The notes under the pieces are model-generated. The model was not told the origin of the DNA. It was given only the letters and a program-made list of their open reading frames with translations, and ran no database searches. A stretch of 63,871 nucleotides of DNA, counting the filler, from Guillardia theta CCMP2712 (taxonomy: Eukaryota > Protista > Cryptophyta): the NCBI RefSeq assembly GCF_000315625.1. It is 6 parts of 6 records of this genome, joined end to end, with 100 filler letters (N's around TTAATTAATTAA, not from the genome) between each part and the next. Parts side by side here need not be neighbours in the genome. Positions count along the whole stretch, not along the records: positions 1 to 24,917 come from NW_005434372.1; 5 more parts are not named here. The stretch is one strand, 5' to 3'. This document shows, piece after piece, positions 1 to 13,425 of this stretch; within the stretch, counting starts at the first letter, position 1; every line of letters begins with the position of its first letter. Made by a program: the position numbers and the translations under genes.

Positions 1-267
1 TCCCTCCCTGCCTCCCTGCCTCCCTGCCTCCCTGCCTCCCTGCCTCCCTGCCTCCCTCCCTCTCTTCTCTTCCCCCCCATCTAACCCGCTGAGTTTGTCT
101 TCCACACCTCAGAGGAGTTTGCATACCGACAACCCGGTGTCGACAGTCACATGACGGGTAAGATGACGTGTGGGACATGAAAGTAGCTTGGGTGATGCTG
201 TTGTAATATTGTAGCATTGATGTGATGACATGATGGTATGATGAGTTGATGGTATGATCATTGTGAT

Positions 268-290
268 ATGATGATGATGCTGACCATGCC

Positions 291-358
<68 letters not shown>

Positions 359-360
359 CC
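268..360. repeat. (GAT)n microsatellite
   Basis: Long GAT run visible directly; it produces the poly-M/poly-H/poly-I artefact ORFs. Confidence 0.95.
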
Positions 361-1384
361 ACCGATGACGGCGATGATGATGTTGACAGGAAACATGAAT
401 GGTCTCTTGAAGGCATGAACATGGAACCAGAAGATAGTAACATACAAACATGTTGGTTTTATCGCAAGGATTCAGGTTGTATCATCTGCTCGATAAAGGA
501 TATGGTGATTTTGCCTTCGATAAATTGTTGGAGAAGAAACATTCTGAAGTGGAACTGTCATAATCGAGCAAATAGTTGTTGTCGTTATCGTCATCATTAT
601 CACGATTAAGACGCAACATCCACTTGTCTTCCATCTTCATCACCATTATCATCATCACCATAATCATCATCACTATGATGATCATGATGGTCTTAATCCA
701 AGTACAGTTTCTCCTCATCAAGCATAAAGCGTTTCATGTTGCAGTTATCATCCATTGTCGTGTCATCACAATCAAAATCATCACGACCTTGTTGATCTGT
801 CTTTCTTTGTTCTCGTTGAGCACATCTTGACATAATTGCACTGCTCTTTGAAAGTTCCTTTGTTTGTCCACCACTTGTTCAGGACCTGGGCTCATTATTT
901 TCATCCCAACTATTCTCCTTTTCATCACCACCACCATCACCATCACCATCACCATCATCACCACCACTTTCGTCATACATTCATTCTCCTCCATAGAGAC
1001 GTACCTCATGCATGTTTGACAAGTACTCCGGACACTCGCATAGATGATAAGATCCACCCTTTCCCGCATGATACCCGCTGACTACATTCTGCCCTTCCCA
1101 ACAAACATCAAGGATCGAAGATTCCTTCATATCAGTCCACGTCTCTGCTTGCAAACCTCAACAACACATTGTGAGTCACGTTGAAACACCTCGAGACACT
1201 GGTTGTGTGTATGAGACCCTCGCTTTCTCGTCTCTACATCAGTCGAACGAATCAACTTGCACTCAATCTCAAAACATTTCCACCTCAGGTATCTGGGCTG
1301 AAGGGTCTTGGAGGAGAACTTGGCTGGTAGAGTTGATTTTTCACATGTTATCTTATCCAGAATCGTCAAAAATGTTCACAACCA

Positions 1385-1496
1385 TCTTCTTCTTCTTCTT
1401 CTTCTTCTTCACCGCTACCTCCATATTCATCATATTCATTATATTCATCATCATCTCTATCATCGTCGTCGTCATCATCATCATCATTTCCATCAC

Positions 1497-1530
<34 letters not shown>

Positions 1531-1584
1531 TCCATCATCACCATCATCTCCATCATCACCATTACTCATTACCGAACATCATCG

Positions 1585-1628
<44 letters not shown>

Positions 1629-1906
1629 TCCATCATCATCATCATCATCATCTTCCATCATCATCATCATCATCATCATCATCTCCATCATCTCCATCAT
1701 CATCATCATCTCCATCATCTCCATCATCATCATCATCGTCATCATCATCATCATCATCGATCATCATCATCATCATCATCATCAATCCATCATCATCATC
1801 TCCATCATCGTTATCATCATCCATCATCATCATTCTCCATCATCATCATCGTCATCATCATCATCGTCATCATCATCATCATCATCATCATCGTCATCAT
1901 CTCCAT

Positions 1907-1940
<34 letters not shown>

Positions 1941-1965
1941 TCCATCATCGTTATTATCATCATTA
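1385..1965. repeat. Imperfect (CAT)n microsatellite tract
   Basis: About 580 bp of CAT/CATCTC/CGTCAT units. Confidence 0.95.
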
Positions 1966-2099
1966 TCACCTTTGCAATCTTCCCGATCATGTGAGATCTT
2001 ATCACAACTCATCACCTCAAAGAGAAGACATCACCGCCTCTAGTCACCTCAACACGTCTATCGGGCTCCACTCCCTGGCATGAGCAAGCGGCCGGTCAT

Positions 2100-4130
2100 T
2101 TTTACAGCTCAGCTCTTTCAACCATCGCCTTCATGCTTATCAGAACACGGGAGATGTTGAGATTCGCAGCGTCACGGGGCGTTTTGGGAGAGGATCTGAA
2201 AGTCATCAGCAAGATTCCAAACAAACAGAAGATGGCGAATTTGATTGAAGATTCTCACCACTTTCTGGCCGACGAATGGCAGGGCTTCATCTGAAAACAC
2301 TCTTTCAGGTATCTTGTCTAATCATTGTTATAACATCTCGACATGTATAAAACGTTCACAATTCTTACCGCCGATCTTCTGTAAATCATCAAACTTCTTC
2401 TGTTTTCTTGCCTTGTCAACTTGTTCTTGCACCCTTATCAGCAATAGTCATTCTGGCCAACAGAGTTGCACATGCGCACGTACATGTTGAATCTCCGCAG
2501 GTGAAATTTCATCCTGACATGAGCACGAATTCGCTCCACATGTTCAAGTTTGTTCAAAAGTTTCTTTCTGACATTATCAAGATTTCAATCAGAAACAAAC
2601 AGACAGTTGCTGCGTCACCTGTCAATCAGTGCAAGTACGTGCCTCGTTGAATTTATCAATTGGTGATACGTGAGATGTCCTCTTGTACGTCTCAAGCTTG
2701 CCTGTTGTATCGACAGCATTCCCATCATTCCTCAACCTCAAACTGATAAAACTTGTCTACGTCAACTTCCTTCTTTTTCCTCCAATTTTTGTCCTTGCTG
2801 CTGCTGCTCCTCCTCCTCCTCCTCCTCCTCCTCCTCCTCCTTTAATTCATCATCATCACCGCACCTGAACTAGAAGAGCTGCTAAGACCTTTCCCAGGTA
2901 CCGCGTCCGGCATTTCTCCCTCTTCAGCAGCGAGTCGAGCAAAATTCTTCGCGCAACGGTCAAGTCAAGAAGCATCAAACTTGTTTGACTCACGCCGAAC
3001 GCAACCAGGTGACAGGATGGCAACTGAACCTGCTCTTGAGGTCATAGAGACACCACTCCTCATCGACAAGACAACAAACTTGGTGGACTTGCCGTGTGCA
3101 ACTAGATTCCTTCGGAAGCAAGCAGACAGCAGGAGGTAGCTCTCGAACATGGAGGCATACCTTCACCAGACAACCTCAGTCACTTCTTTCAGCAAGAGAT
3201 CAATGGAAACAAGATCTACTTGCGTCTTGTCAACATACAAACAATGTTTGACTTGAGGAGGAAAGCTCCCTGTTGAGATCAAACCAGCGAGGTCAGTTGC
3301 TCAACCATTGAGACCTCAACATCATCATCTTACAGCTTGCAGCAACGAGATGTCCCTTCTGCGACGGACTGCTCTTTCCTCCATCCCCTGCGCGGCAACA
3401 AGACATAAGAATCACGGTATCGCGAGCAGGGACTTTCACTTCTTCAGGCGTGAGGTAGAGGCGCTGACAGGAGAGCATCAGGTTGATGTCAGGAGCAAGC
3501 CACGAGGTTACGTCTCAACATCTCACCCCATGTGCTAGAATCATCGCATGCATGATCGCTTCAGGTGTTGTGATCTGCATTTCTAGCGTCAGTCGTGCTC
3601 TTAACGTTTCCCTCAACATGCCTTTGCGATGTCCTTGCTAGTGACATCAAACCAGCTGTTGTTTGGGTAGCTTCCTGCAACCTGTTCTCGTTCTTATCAC
3701 CTATCAGCACTCACAATTGCTGCAAAACCAGATCGTACGATTGTTTCTCTTGATTGACCTTGAACGCAAGTCAGCCATCCTGATCAAACCCCAAGTTGCT
3801 CTACTTGACCTCACCTGTGATATCCTGGCAAACTCCAATGTCAGGGAGACATGCTCTGCCTGCGGGTGATCTTTCGGATGCGGTTTGTCATATTCGTTCT
3901 TCTTCCTCTCCCCAGTCAGCTGACTCCTGGTGTTGTACACGTGTATCAGAACAACCTCCCCCTTCGCAAACTTGTGGGCAGCATCGAAGCTGAGCCAACG
4001 ATCAGTGATCATCGCGTCTTCAAGGCAGATCATGGGCACCTAAAGTGAACGTCTTTCTGCCAACAACTGGGAACGCCAAAGAGCGTCGGGACGAGCCTGG
4101 AAATGAAGTGAACTGTTTCAAGCGCAGACT
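2100..4130 (-). CDS. Multi-exon hypothetical protein (boundaries uncertain)
   Basis: Several short minus-strand open segments with plausible splice sites; no recognisable motif. Confidence 0.3.
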
Positions 4131-4376
4131 CTGATCACAGCACAAACATCATTAGCTCAAAAATCATCGCAATAGATTCACAGACAGAATGAGATCAGAT
4201 GCATCTTGTGTTATCTGTGACAAACATCCACTTGTTGTAGCGATTCTTACCCCGCCATTGTTGTAAGGTTTTGACAACTTTTGAGGGATGCGTGCTGGAT
4301 GAGGGGTAAATTGTGTGCTGAATGAGGAACATGATCAGGATTCGGAAATGAAGGAGAGGCGGCGGGGAGGGTAGGG

Positions 4377-5897
4377 ATGGCGCGAACCCTTGCTGTGATG
4401 CAGCTAGCTGCATGCCAAGTGCTTGTCCTGTGCCTGGCAAACATGCTCGACAGCGATGAAGATGCGAGTCGGAGGTCAACTGATGCAGAGTGGCCGATCT
4501 TTGAGAAGATCAGGTCTTCCGGTGCAAAGTTCGAAGGTGCATTTTTGTTTTGCTTGTCGCTCTCTTGCTGAACTGTTTCGACTAATTACCCGCTGTCCGA
4601 GCAGCTCGAAATGTCAAGGTGAAATGTGTTGAGCCGTCCTACTAAGACTCCTCAACTACGTGGTGCAGCCAGCAATCGATTGGCAAGTTTATAGATCCGA
4701 CAACAGGGTGAATCTTGTCAAGAGTTCTTGTTCAGTCTCAATGATCATCAGGGAATCCAAGAGCAAGACGATAGAGCGAAAATGAATCTTCGCAGGAGGT
4801 ACCCAAGTTTTGAGGACGACTGTCAGGTATGGTGGGATCGGGTGGCGGGTTGAGGAGGACGAGGGAGATGGTTTGCTCGGACCGACCATGGTGGCGCAGA
4901 TCGAGGAACTTGCAGAGAAGTACCTGGAGCTTCTCGGATACGTGCAGACTGGTACCTTTGTTGAGGTTGGAGCAAGTGGTGAGAGATCATTCAACAAGAT
5001 TGTGATCGCAAGGGTGACTTGTTGGGAAGACGGTAGGAGGTGGTCGAATTCATACTCGCTAGCTCGGATGGGATGGTATGGGCATTACATTGAGGCGGTA
5101 AAGATGAAGCATGAGCAGTGAGGAGTGAGGAGAGGATGAAGATGATGCCTTCAGGTTCCAGAGTATGCGAAGATATGCGCGATGAATCATGCAAGACATC
5201 CGAGGGTTCAGACGCATGTCATATACAAGTGTTGCGGAGATGGTGTTGAGTGCTGAGGTTGATGGGCAGGTGCTTGCGATAGGAGATAAAGAAGATTATG
5301 CCCGTGTGCATGTCGGATCATCCTTGTCAACGTAAAGTGTTGAGATGAACTTGCGAATGTGCCTGAATGCCTTGCCAGGTGTTCCGACCAGATGAGGAAA
5401 CTATATGACTCTCTCGATTGGACGCAGGGTATATGCTGAACCTTGACATGTGTGCAGAGAGTCATATGCTTGTTCCAAGGTTATCACACTGGAGAGATCG
5501 TCTCAACACGGCAGCACAGCTTGGAATACTTCCTTCGAGCTGTCGGCATCCAGCCGAGGTGTGAAGCCTCCCTCGAGATCAAGCACTGACCTGTTGGCTT
5601 GCAGGTTTGAACTTCTGATAGTGGATGTGGAAGGATATGAGTGGGAGGTGTTTCGCAACTTCAACATCTCTGAGTGGAGTCCGCAAGTTGTGATCGTAGA
5701 GATCGAAGACGAGCACGACTCATTCAAAGATGTGAAGTTCTTGCAGAAGAGGTGAAGAAAGAAATTCTCTCAACTTCTTGGACTTTCTGTCTGACGAGAT
5801 GCTAAGATTCCGCAAGCTCCGATCATACTTCCAAGACCATGGCTATGACACTTACTGGAAAGATAAGATCAATACCATCTTTGTGTACAGGCAGTGA
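4377..5897 (+). CDS. FkbM-family (Methyltransf_21-like) methyltransferase, multi-exon, with N-terminal signal peptide
   Basis: Hydrophobic start MARTLAVMQLAACQVLVLCLA; motifs GTFVEVGA..DG...SNS, GWYGHYIEA and FELLIVDVEGYEWEVF..PQVVIVE; ends WKDKINTIFVYRQ-TGA at 5895-5897. Confidence 0.8.
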
Positions 5898-6029
5898 AAA
5901 CATTTCTTAAATTGAACTGAGAATGCAAAATTTGGCACACGTTCACCGACATTCACGTTAGGGGTCAAGTCAGAGCGGATCTTGTGGGAGACATCGACGA
6001 GTAAAGAAGAAATCCTGCGATAACAACAT

Positions 6030-7110
6030 CAATCACGTCGCAGGATACTCTGGCAGATCACGTTTGTAGGCACAGCGTAGTGCCTCTTCTGTTGGTTCAT
6101 GTAGAACTGGATGGATAGAAGTTAGACCCCCGCTGGAAACTCAGCTCAAGGAGGGAGGAAGGGAGAGAGGGAGAGAGGGAGCAAGGGAGCTAGGGAGCTA
6201 GGGAGCTAGGGAGCGAGGGAGGTAGCGTAAGGACGGACTTGAATCTTCAGACTTACCCGTTTGGGATCAACTCCGTACACCGGGATGGGGATAACTGCAG
6301 CTGACGTCAGCACGAAAATCTAGATAACCACTTATCTTCCTTACATGGCGATCTGCCCGATCGAGCCGGCGAGTTCGTCGACGTCCCAGCACTCCTCCAG
6401 CTGAAGCCTGTCCCCAGTCGATCTGTCTGCAGCTCTGCACATGCTGGAAGTCAACCCCACCACCACATATCCAGCTAGTTCTCAGCAGGACAAGTAGCCT
6501 TACGGGACTGAGGGCTCTCCTTGACGCTGGAGGAGGACGTCAGCGGCCTGTCGTTGCTTCAACGGACGTCAACGTCTTGTCAAAGGGGCAGTCAAGTCTG
6601 ACATGGGGGACCCGAGGGGGCTGCTGCCGAGGCTGCGAAACCGCTGTTGGACTGTGTGAGAGTGGCAGGACAGAGGAGGAGGGCATCTCACGACAGATCG
6701 CGATGGAGTTTGCGGAGGAGATGCGATGAGGAGCCGCTGAGAGGAGGATCGCAGACTGTCTGTCCTTCCTGGTACAGGTGAGCATGCGCACCATGCCGGC
6801 CGCCCTCCAGCCAGACCGTGATGCCTTGACTTGCACTCGCAGATGACACGGTAGCAGCTCACGCACCGTCCTGTTGGCGAACCAGGGTCAGCCCGCCCCT
6901 TGCTGAGCCCATCAGCATCTCGTTGTACCTGACTGTGTGACACTTGACCTCTCAACCTCCTGCTCCGAGGGCCTACTAGGGTCAAGTCAGTCCGCCCACA
7001 GGAGGCGGAAGTCGCAAAGGAAGGTACCTTGCGCCGGAGAAGCGGTCGAGTTGGTCCATGGGATCGGAGGTGACGTAGATGTATTGAGAGCTCCTGGATG
7101 GAAGGCTGCA
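6030..7110 (-). CDS. Multi-exon hypothetical protein, probably 5'-truncated by a gap
   Basis: Short exon-like segments with GT/AG boundaries, ending LSIQFYMNQQKRHYAVPTNVICQSILRRD*; no family recognised. Confidence 0.35.
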
Positions 7111-8044
7111 TCAGAGAACAAGACAGATAAATAAAGCATGAAGATGGAGCACTGTGTGTGGAGGGTGGGAGCGCGACTCGGCGATGGAAGGGAGGAAGAG
7201 AGGGCGGCGGGAGCATGGAGGGTGGGGTCGGGAAGAGAGCGGGGACTCTGGGGGGGCACTGCGATGGAGTAGGAGCGCGCGGGGAGGGGGGGCAAGCGGA
7301 GCGATGAAGGGAGGAGAGAGCGATGGAAGGGAGGAGAGAAGAGGAGAGAGCGATGGAAGCATNNNNNNNNNNNNNNNNNNNNNNNNNNNNNNNNNNNNNN
7401 NNNNNNNNNNNNNNNNNNNNNNNNNNNNNNNNNNNNNNNNNNNNNNNNNNNNNNNNNNNNNNGGAGGAGGGGAGGGACCACCAACTGCTTATCAGTCAAA
7501 CCTTGACAAGATTAAATTAAATCGATTGATTCGGGTGGTTTCAATCGATTGATACGGGTGGTTTAATCGATTCGAGTTGTTTGCAGAAATCAGGGCATGC
7601 TGGAACTTGCCAGGAAACTGGACAAGAGCAGAGCAGGAGGAGCAGAAGCAGAGAGCAGGAGGAAGAAGAAGCAGGAAGAGGATTTGGGCAAGGAGGAGGA
7701 GCAGGAAGAGGAGAAAGAGTGGGGGCAGAAAGAGGAACAAGGTGGCAAGGGATGAAAGACGGGCAGGGCAAAGATAAGGCAAGGAGATGTGAAGAGAAAT
7801 AGAAAGAAGAGACGGGTGAATAGCGGGAAGGAATATGATAGCGGGAATGAGGTGATGGCGCATGAAAGTTCTTGATCGAATGCAGCTGTGGATATGGAGG
7901 AAGTTGAGACCAGCGGAGTTTGATGCTAGCAAAACAAGAGAGGCTGTGGACAGATAGGCTGGAGAAAACCAGGGAGGAAGCGAATCTTTGAAGTTCGATC
8001 AGTCTCTTTGTGATCAAACTAATGGAGAGTTCTTGTTCTCACAG

Positions 8045-9925
8045 ATGCGAGCGACATTCGCCTTTCGCCGTGGACTTGCGACGTTGGTAAGGAAGAACAT
8101 ACGGCCGATGGCAGTGCACGCGTTCCAGCCTATAAGAGCTGCTTCCGTCACAGACAGCCGAGCTTGCAGCATGCAGCAACGTTGCAACTCAATCAGCATG
8201 CTGCGAAGAAGCTTCTCCAGCGACGCCACGATCAAGCCAACGAAGCCTAAGGTAGTCCAAGACCTGCCGACGCAGAAGTTTTGGGAGCAAATCTTCGACA
8301 TCCTGGACCTCGACCAGATTGCTGGCGATGATGGCGAGAGTCTCAAGGAACAGATCACGATCACCAAGTGGTACAAGACACCAAGGAGCGCTGTGAAGGC
8401 GGGAGAGAAGGTGTTCGAAGTAGAAGCTGCAAGCATCATGATGGACTTCTGCGCTGATCATGCCGGGTTCTTGGGAGCTCACCTCGTAGAGGAGGGAGAG
8501 ATCTTGACCCGCGGCAAGATAGCTGCGCAGATCCTGGACGTGCCGGAGACAGTGGCTGACCTGTCGGACGAGGTCATGCAGGACGAGCTGACCAAGGCGG
8601 AGGGGAGCGTCAAGACGTTCGAGGAAAGCATCGAGAGGTTCACCAAGGAGAGGAGATTGCTCAAGGAGGACCTTTCTCTTGCCTGCCGCCTCGCCGGGAA
8701 TCGAGAGGTTGAATTTTCGCCGCTCTGCTTCGCCTCGCGGCTCCCTGGGAACCAGAACGTCGTAGTCGTCCCTCCCCCCAACGTCGACTACAAGGTCGTA
8801 GGCAGCTCCAACCTTGATGAGTTCGAGCTGGGAAGGGAGGGAGCGTCTCCCAGCGAAGTCGAGAAGGCTCCTGCCCCTCTCTCAGCAGATCGCAACCTGG
8901 TCGTGAAGGTCTTGAGGGAGCATAGGAGCATCAACACCGTCCTCCTCGCAAGGCCCTTCCATGCTACCACTGTTCCGCAGCTCGACTCGAGCATCAAGGC
9001 TGCGGTCACTCAGTCGGTAGAGTCTCGTGTCAACGCCACGATCGCTGTCTCTCCCCTTCCTCTCCTTGCCGACGATGACGTGAAACTCCCTCCTCTCTCC
9101 TCCTCCTCCTCCTCCTCCTCCTCCTCCTCCTCCTCCTCCTCTCCAGCTTCCTCCAGCCAGTTTTGCATCCTTGCGCTGGACTGCGTCGTCGTCGCCTCCG
9201 ACTCGGTCTCGAACGCTTTCTTCCTTCTNNNNNNNNNNNNNNNNNNNNNNNNNNNNNNNNNNNNNNNNNNNNNNNNNNNNNNNNNNNNNNNNNNNNNNNN
9301 NNNNNNNNNNNNNNNNNNNNNNNNNNNNNNNNNNNNNNNNNNNNNNNNNNNNNNNNNNNNNNNNNNNNNNNNNNNNNNNNNNNNNNNNNNNNNNNNNNNN
9401 NNNNNNNNNNNNNNNNNNNNNNNNNNNNNNNNNNNNNNNNNNNNNNNNNNNNNNNNNNNNNNNNNNNNNNNNNNNNNNNNNNNNNNNNNNNNNNNNNNNN
9501 NNNNNNNNNNNNNNNNNNNNNNNNNNNNNNNNNNNNNNNNNNNNNNNNNNNNNNNNNNNNNNNNNNNNNNNNNNNNNNNNNNNNNNNNNNNNNNNNNNNN
9601 NNNNNNNNNNNNNNNNNNNNNNNNNNNNNNNNNNNNNNNNNNNNNNNNNNNNNNNNNNNNNNNNNNNNNNNNNNNNNNNNNNNNNNNNNNNNNNNNNNNN
9701 NNNNNNNNNNNNNNNNNNNNNNNNNNNNNNNNNNNNNNNNNNNNNNNNNNNNNNNNNNNNNNNNNNNNNNNNNNNNNNNNNNNNNNNNNNNNNNNNNNNN
9801 NNNNNNNNNNNNNNNNNNNNNNNNNNNNNNNNNNGAAGGAATGGCAAATGAGCTCCAGGGCCGTTCCCAGTGTCTCCGACGAGATGTACGCGCTGCACTG
9901 GGCCCGCAGTAGGCGTGGGAACTAG
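8045..9925 (+). CDS. Mitochondrion-targeted protein with a biotin/lipoyl-attachment-like domain (interrupted by an assembly gap)
   Basis: R/A/S-rich presequence MRATFAFRRGLATLVRK...RRSFSS; ITITKWYKTPRSAVKAGEKVFEVE....MDFCADHAGFLGAHLVEEGEIL..G..AAQI fits the lipoyl-domain pattern; 9229-9834 is N. Confidence 0.7.
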   Translation: MRATFAFRRGLATLVRKNIRPMAVHAFQPIRAASVTDSRACSMQQRCNSISMLRRSFSSDATIKPTKPKVVQDLPTQKFWEQIFDILDLDQIAGDDGESLKEQITITKWYKTPRSAVKAGEKVFEVEAASIMMDFCADHAGFLGAHLVEEGEILTRGKIAAQILDVPETVADLSDEVMQDELTKAEGSVKTFEESIERFTKERRLLKEDLSLACRLAGNREVEFSPLCFASRLPGNQNVVVVPPPNVDYKVVGSSNLDEFELGREGASPSEVEKAPAPLSADRNLVVKVLREHRSINTVLLARPFHATTVPQLDSSIKAAVTQSVESRVNATIAVSPLPLLADDDVKLPPLSSSSSSSSSSSSSSSPASSSQFCILALDCVVVASDSVSNAFFLXXXXXXXXXXXXXXXXXXXXXXXXXXXXXXXXXXXXXXXXXXXXXXXXXXXXXXXXXXXXXXXXXXXXXXXXXXXXXXXXXXXXXXXXXXXXXXXXXXXXXXXXXXXXXXXXXXXXXXXXXXXXXXXXXXXXXXXXXXXXXXXXXXXXXXXXXXXXXXXXXXXXXXXXXXXXXXXXXXXXXXXXXXXXXXXXXXXXXXXXXXXKEWQMSSRAVPSVSDEMYALHWARSRRGN

Positions 9926-10464
9926 TAGAGCTCCTGGACCATCGCATTCCCTACTCCAGGCAGAACTCATCCTCGCTGATGTCGTCCCACGGAGCAGGAA
10001 GTCTCACAGTACATCTGTGAACATCTTGTTGTTGCCTGGAATGATCTGTGAAGCCATTGGGATGATTTCCCTTGGGCTAGAAGTGTCTCATACCAGGAGG
10101 TCCTGCCTGCAATCGCAGCTCATTACACCACCACCTCCTCCTCCTCCTCTTCCTCCTCCTCCTCCTCCTCATCATCCAACAACAACAACAACAACAACAA
10201 CAACTACAACTACAACTACAACTACAAGAACATTAACATCACCACCACCACCACTACCATCACAATTATTTTCTTGCTATCATAACCGCCACCATCTCAA
10301 TCATCCTCATCATCATCATGATCGATTCCCTCTCCTCCTTCTACCCTCCCATCTCTCACCTCCGAGCTCTCGCCCTTGAGCTTGGAGATTCGGAAGAGGA
10401 ACTCGAGGAACTCGAAGAATATCATCTCAGTCGTCTGATTGTTTGGATGCTCCTGCCGTCATCG

Positions 10465-12985
10465 TCATGGGCGGCAGAGACACGAGAGAGGAACCTGAGG
10501 GAGAGCGTCCACGTCAAGAGTGACAAGAGAGAAGAGCTCGACTAGTTTCTTGATCGTGTAACGAGGATCGTACAGCTCCATCTTCGACGACATCGCTGAA
10601 TTGAAAACATGTCTTGATGAGAACAAGTACTGACAAGAACAAGTACTGACAAGAACAAGTACTGACAAGAACAAGTACTGACACGAACATGTACTGACAA
10701 GAACATGTACTGACAAGAACATTCGTTTTCATGTAATTCTGTCACCTATCAAGTGGTTCACGTTCATTGTGACGTCCTTATTATCTTGTGGCTTCTTCGC
10801 GTTAGTTGACTTGCTGATTGCAATGAAATAATCGAAAATCTGCGTCAGTACCAGGTGAGGTAGTCGAAGCATGCATGGCTTAGTTGACCTTTCGGAGTGC
10901 AAGCTCCATGTTTGTTTCATTCAGAGTCTGCAAGGCATGTTAGCATATCAACAACCGAATCTGTCAGCTCACATTCTGAACTGTAACGTCGGCAAACTGA
11001 AGGTAACTGCTGTCTTTCAACCTCTTCATGGCGAAGCGCGCGATGTTCTCTTCAACCATGGTCTCAAACCTCGACGACAAACTTCCCTGCTCATGACGAT
11101 CACAAGGGCATGTCATGCTGCTGCTCATGCAACCTTATGGACTTTGATGAAAGATATTCTTATCAGAGCTTCGATCCATTCATAGAAATTCAAGTTTGCA
11201 TGGTAATCATGTACATCTGAGATATCTTCATCGAGCTCCTGCTGCTCTGCCTTTCGGGACCCTAGACATCAGGCTGTAAGCACAGGAATAAAGCAAGACG
11301 AAGGCATCACTCTGACGACACGGAGAGATTATTCGATTACATGCAGCTATTGATAGTTTCGGTTTCGCCTGTCTTTCGATCAGTTCCTTTGCAGCAGAAG
11401 GACAAGATATCTCCCCCTGCTCCTCCTCCTGCTCCTCCTATCCCTATCCCTATCCCTATCCCTATCCCTATCCCTATCCCTATCCCCGCCCCTACTCCGC
11501 TCCTGCTGCTGCTCCGTCATCAACACATGGTAGCACCTCTCCGTGGATCAATCTGCAACTCTTGAGCATTCTATCAACCATGTTAGCTGAGAGTGAAGGT
11601 GGTGAAGACATCAACTACCTCCACAAGTGAACGATCGGCATCATGTCATTATAGTCCTCCTCTCCCGTGTGATGTAGCTGCGGCAATCAGCTCACTGCAA
11701 CACAACAATCTTGATCTCACCACATCGATTTCATCTTTGTCTGAAAACTCTTGTTCAAACTTCCCTTGTTTGTAATATCTGTCGTCACAGTTACTCTGCT
11801 CTGCTCGTCAGCTATCACATCCGTACGCAAAGATCCTGTCAAGAATGGTGCGATGAAACAGCAACGTTCGCCGGAGCTCAGCTCTCTCGTTCTCCTGTTG
11901 CACCTTCACAGCAATCGTTACACTGTCGCTCGTTCTTCGGCTCCTTCACCTGAGTTGCCATGAGGTCTTGTATGTGCCCCTCATCGCAGTAGATCTCTTC
12001 ATACCGCCTCCCCAGCCTCTCGTCCTCTGATGACCTGCCATGGCACAATCATGATGAAAGCAGAAGCTGAGAGAGAAGAGACTGGTCGTGAATGGCTTCT
12101 GCCATCGGCTTGAAGTGGAAGAACTGATTGTCTTCTTGTCGACTTCGCTCAACTTTCATGCGCTGCCTCTCACTTCCACACAGTCAAGAGAGCACAGCAG
12201 GGAGAAGAAAATGTTGAAGGGTACAGCATGTAGATGTAGATGTGGGAGGATGTGTATATGCAAGCAAATACTTGAAAGGAGTGCAAGATGTATGAGGACT
12301 AAAAGATATTGAACGAGGAATATAAGAATCGTGCAGTTAGTAGGAGGGTCAGATGCAGGGAGAGTGAAGTATGTAAGAGCAGTAGTAGGCATTCATACAA
12401 TCGCAGAAGAGACAGGTTGGTTTGATATCCGATGTCGACTCTCGTATCAGCCGGATTTCTTCTCATCCCCTCCAGGTACCAGCTCGCCTTAGCAGGGATC
12501 AGGTTTCAATCATTCACATAAACACAGCTCTACAGCTTCCTTCCAGTCCCTGTTGATCTCTCGCTCCTTCGCTCCTACCGCCACTGCCTGCCATCAGCGT
12601 GAACCTCTGCTCCTGCCATGCTCCTGCCATGCTCCTCTACCGTCTGATTGGCAGGGTTCGCTCTCAGCACCATCTCAGCGACTGATCTCGCTCTCTCGTA
12701 CTCCTTTTGCTGCTCCCCCGTCAGTCCCAGCACAGCAGCAGCAGCAGCCATCGACACCTTGAGGAACTGAAGAGCTTCACTCATCATGTGCTCCTCGTCA
12801 TGGCCTTTAGGCTGCTTCGACCATCGTCAACACGTCTGAGCAAGCACTCGCTCCTCTCCTCACTTCCTTCGGATCGCTCCCCCTGGGCTTCAGACCGAGG
12901 TCGAGCAGCGGCAAGGTGAACATGCGCGTTTGCTGCTTCTGCCCATCCAAGCTCTTCCCGGCTTCCCTTCCCTCCTCCCATTGCG
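10465..12985 (-). CDS. Multi-exon hypothetical protein
   Basis: Chain of minus-strand exon-like segments (e.g. MMSEALQFLKVSMAAAAAVLG...; MELYDPRYTIKKLVELFSLVTL...); no family recognised. Confidence 0.35.
10621..10720. repeat. 16-bp minisatellite (GAACAAGTACTGACAA) x~6
   Basis: Period of 16 read directly (units at 10621, 10637, ...). Confidence 0.9.
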
Positions 12986-13276
12986 GCGGCTCTTGACCTG
13001 ACATGTGTCCCCCTTCCCCCTTCCCCAGTCACCCGACACTTCCGATGTCGATCCTCCTCCTCCTCCGTCTCCTCCTCCTCCTCCGGCTCCTCTCCTATCC
13101 ACCACTTCCGCCTCCTCCTACTCTCCACCCATCCATCTCCTGTCCACCTGTCCTCCTCCTCCTGCGCTCGCGTGGTCTGTCACAGGTTCATCGCCCCAGC
13201 ATTCTGGTCGCTACCGGCCCGCCCCTACAATATCGCAAAAATCAACTCTAATAAAACCTTTTTAGAACTCCGGTCT

Positions 13277-13425
13277 CTCCTTACCCTCCCTGTTCCCTGT
13301 CCCTCCCTCCTTACCCTCCCTGTTCCCTGTCCCTCCCTCCTTACCCTCCCTGTTCCCTGTTCCTCCCTCCTTACCCTCCCTGTTCCCTGTCCCTCCCTCC
13401 CTACCCTCCCTGTTCCCTGTCCCTC
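13277..13425. repeat. 30-bp pyrimidine-rich minisatellite x5
   Basis: TTACCCTCCC (or a one-base variant) recurs at 13281, 13311, 13341, 13371, 13401. Confidence 0.9.

Noticed and set aside
109-2043. Poly-His/Met/Ile/Asp ORFs suggesting metal-binding proteins
   Set aside because: Translations of (CAT/GAT)n tracts. Small real exons may lie between them, but I could not build a supported gene model.
10621-10720. Short direct repeats resembling a CRISPR array (also 13277, 13691, 61749)
   Set aside because: Head-to-tail minisatellites with no unique spacers and no cas genes, in a eukaryotic context.
11437-11485. (CCCTAT)n telomere-like run
   Set aside because: Short, internal and one of many hexamer microsatellites; no evidence of a chromosome end.
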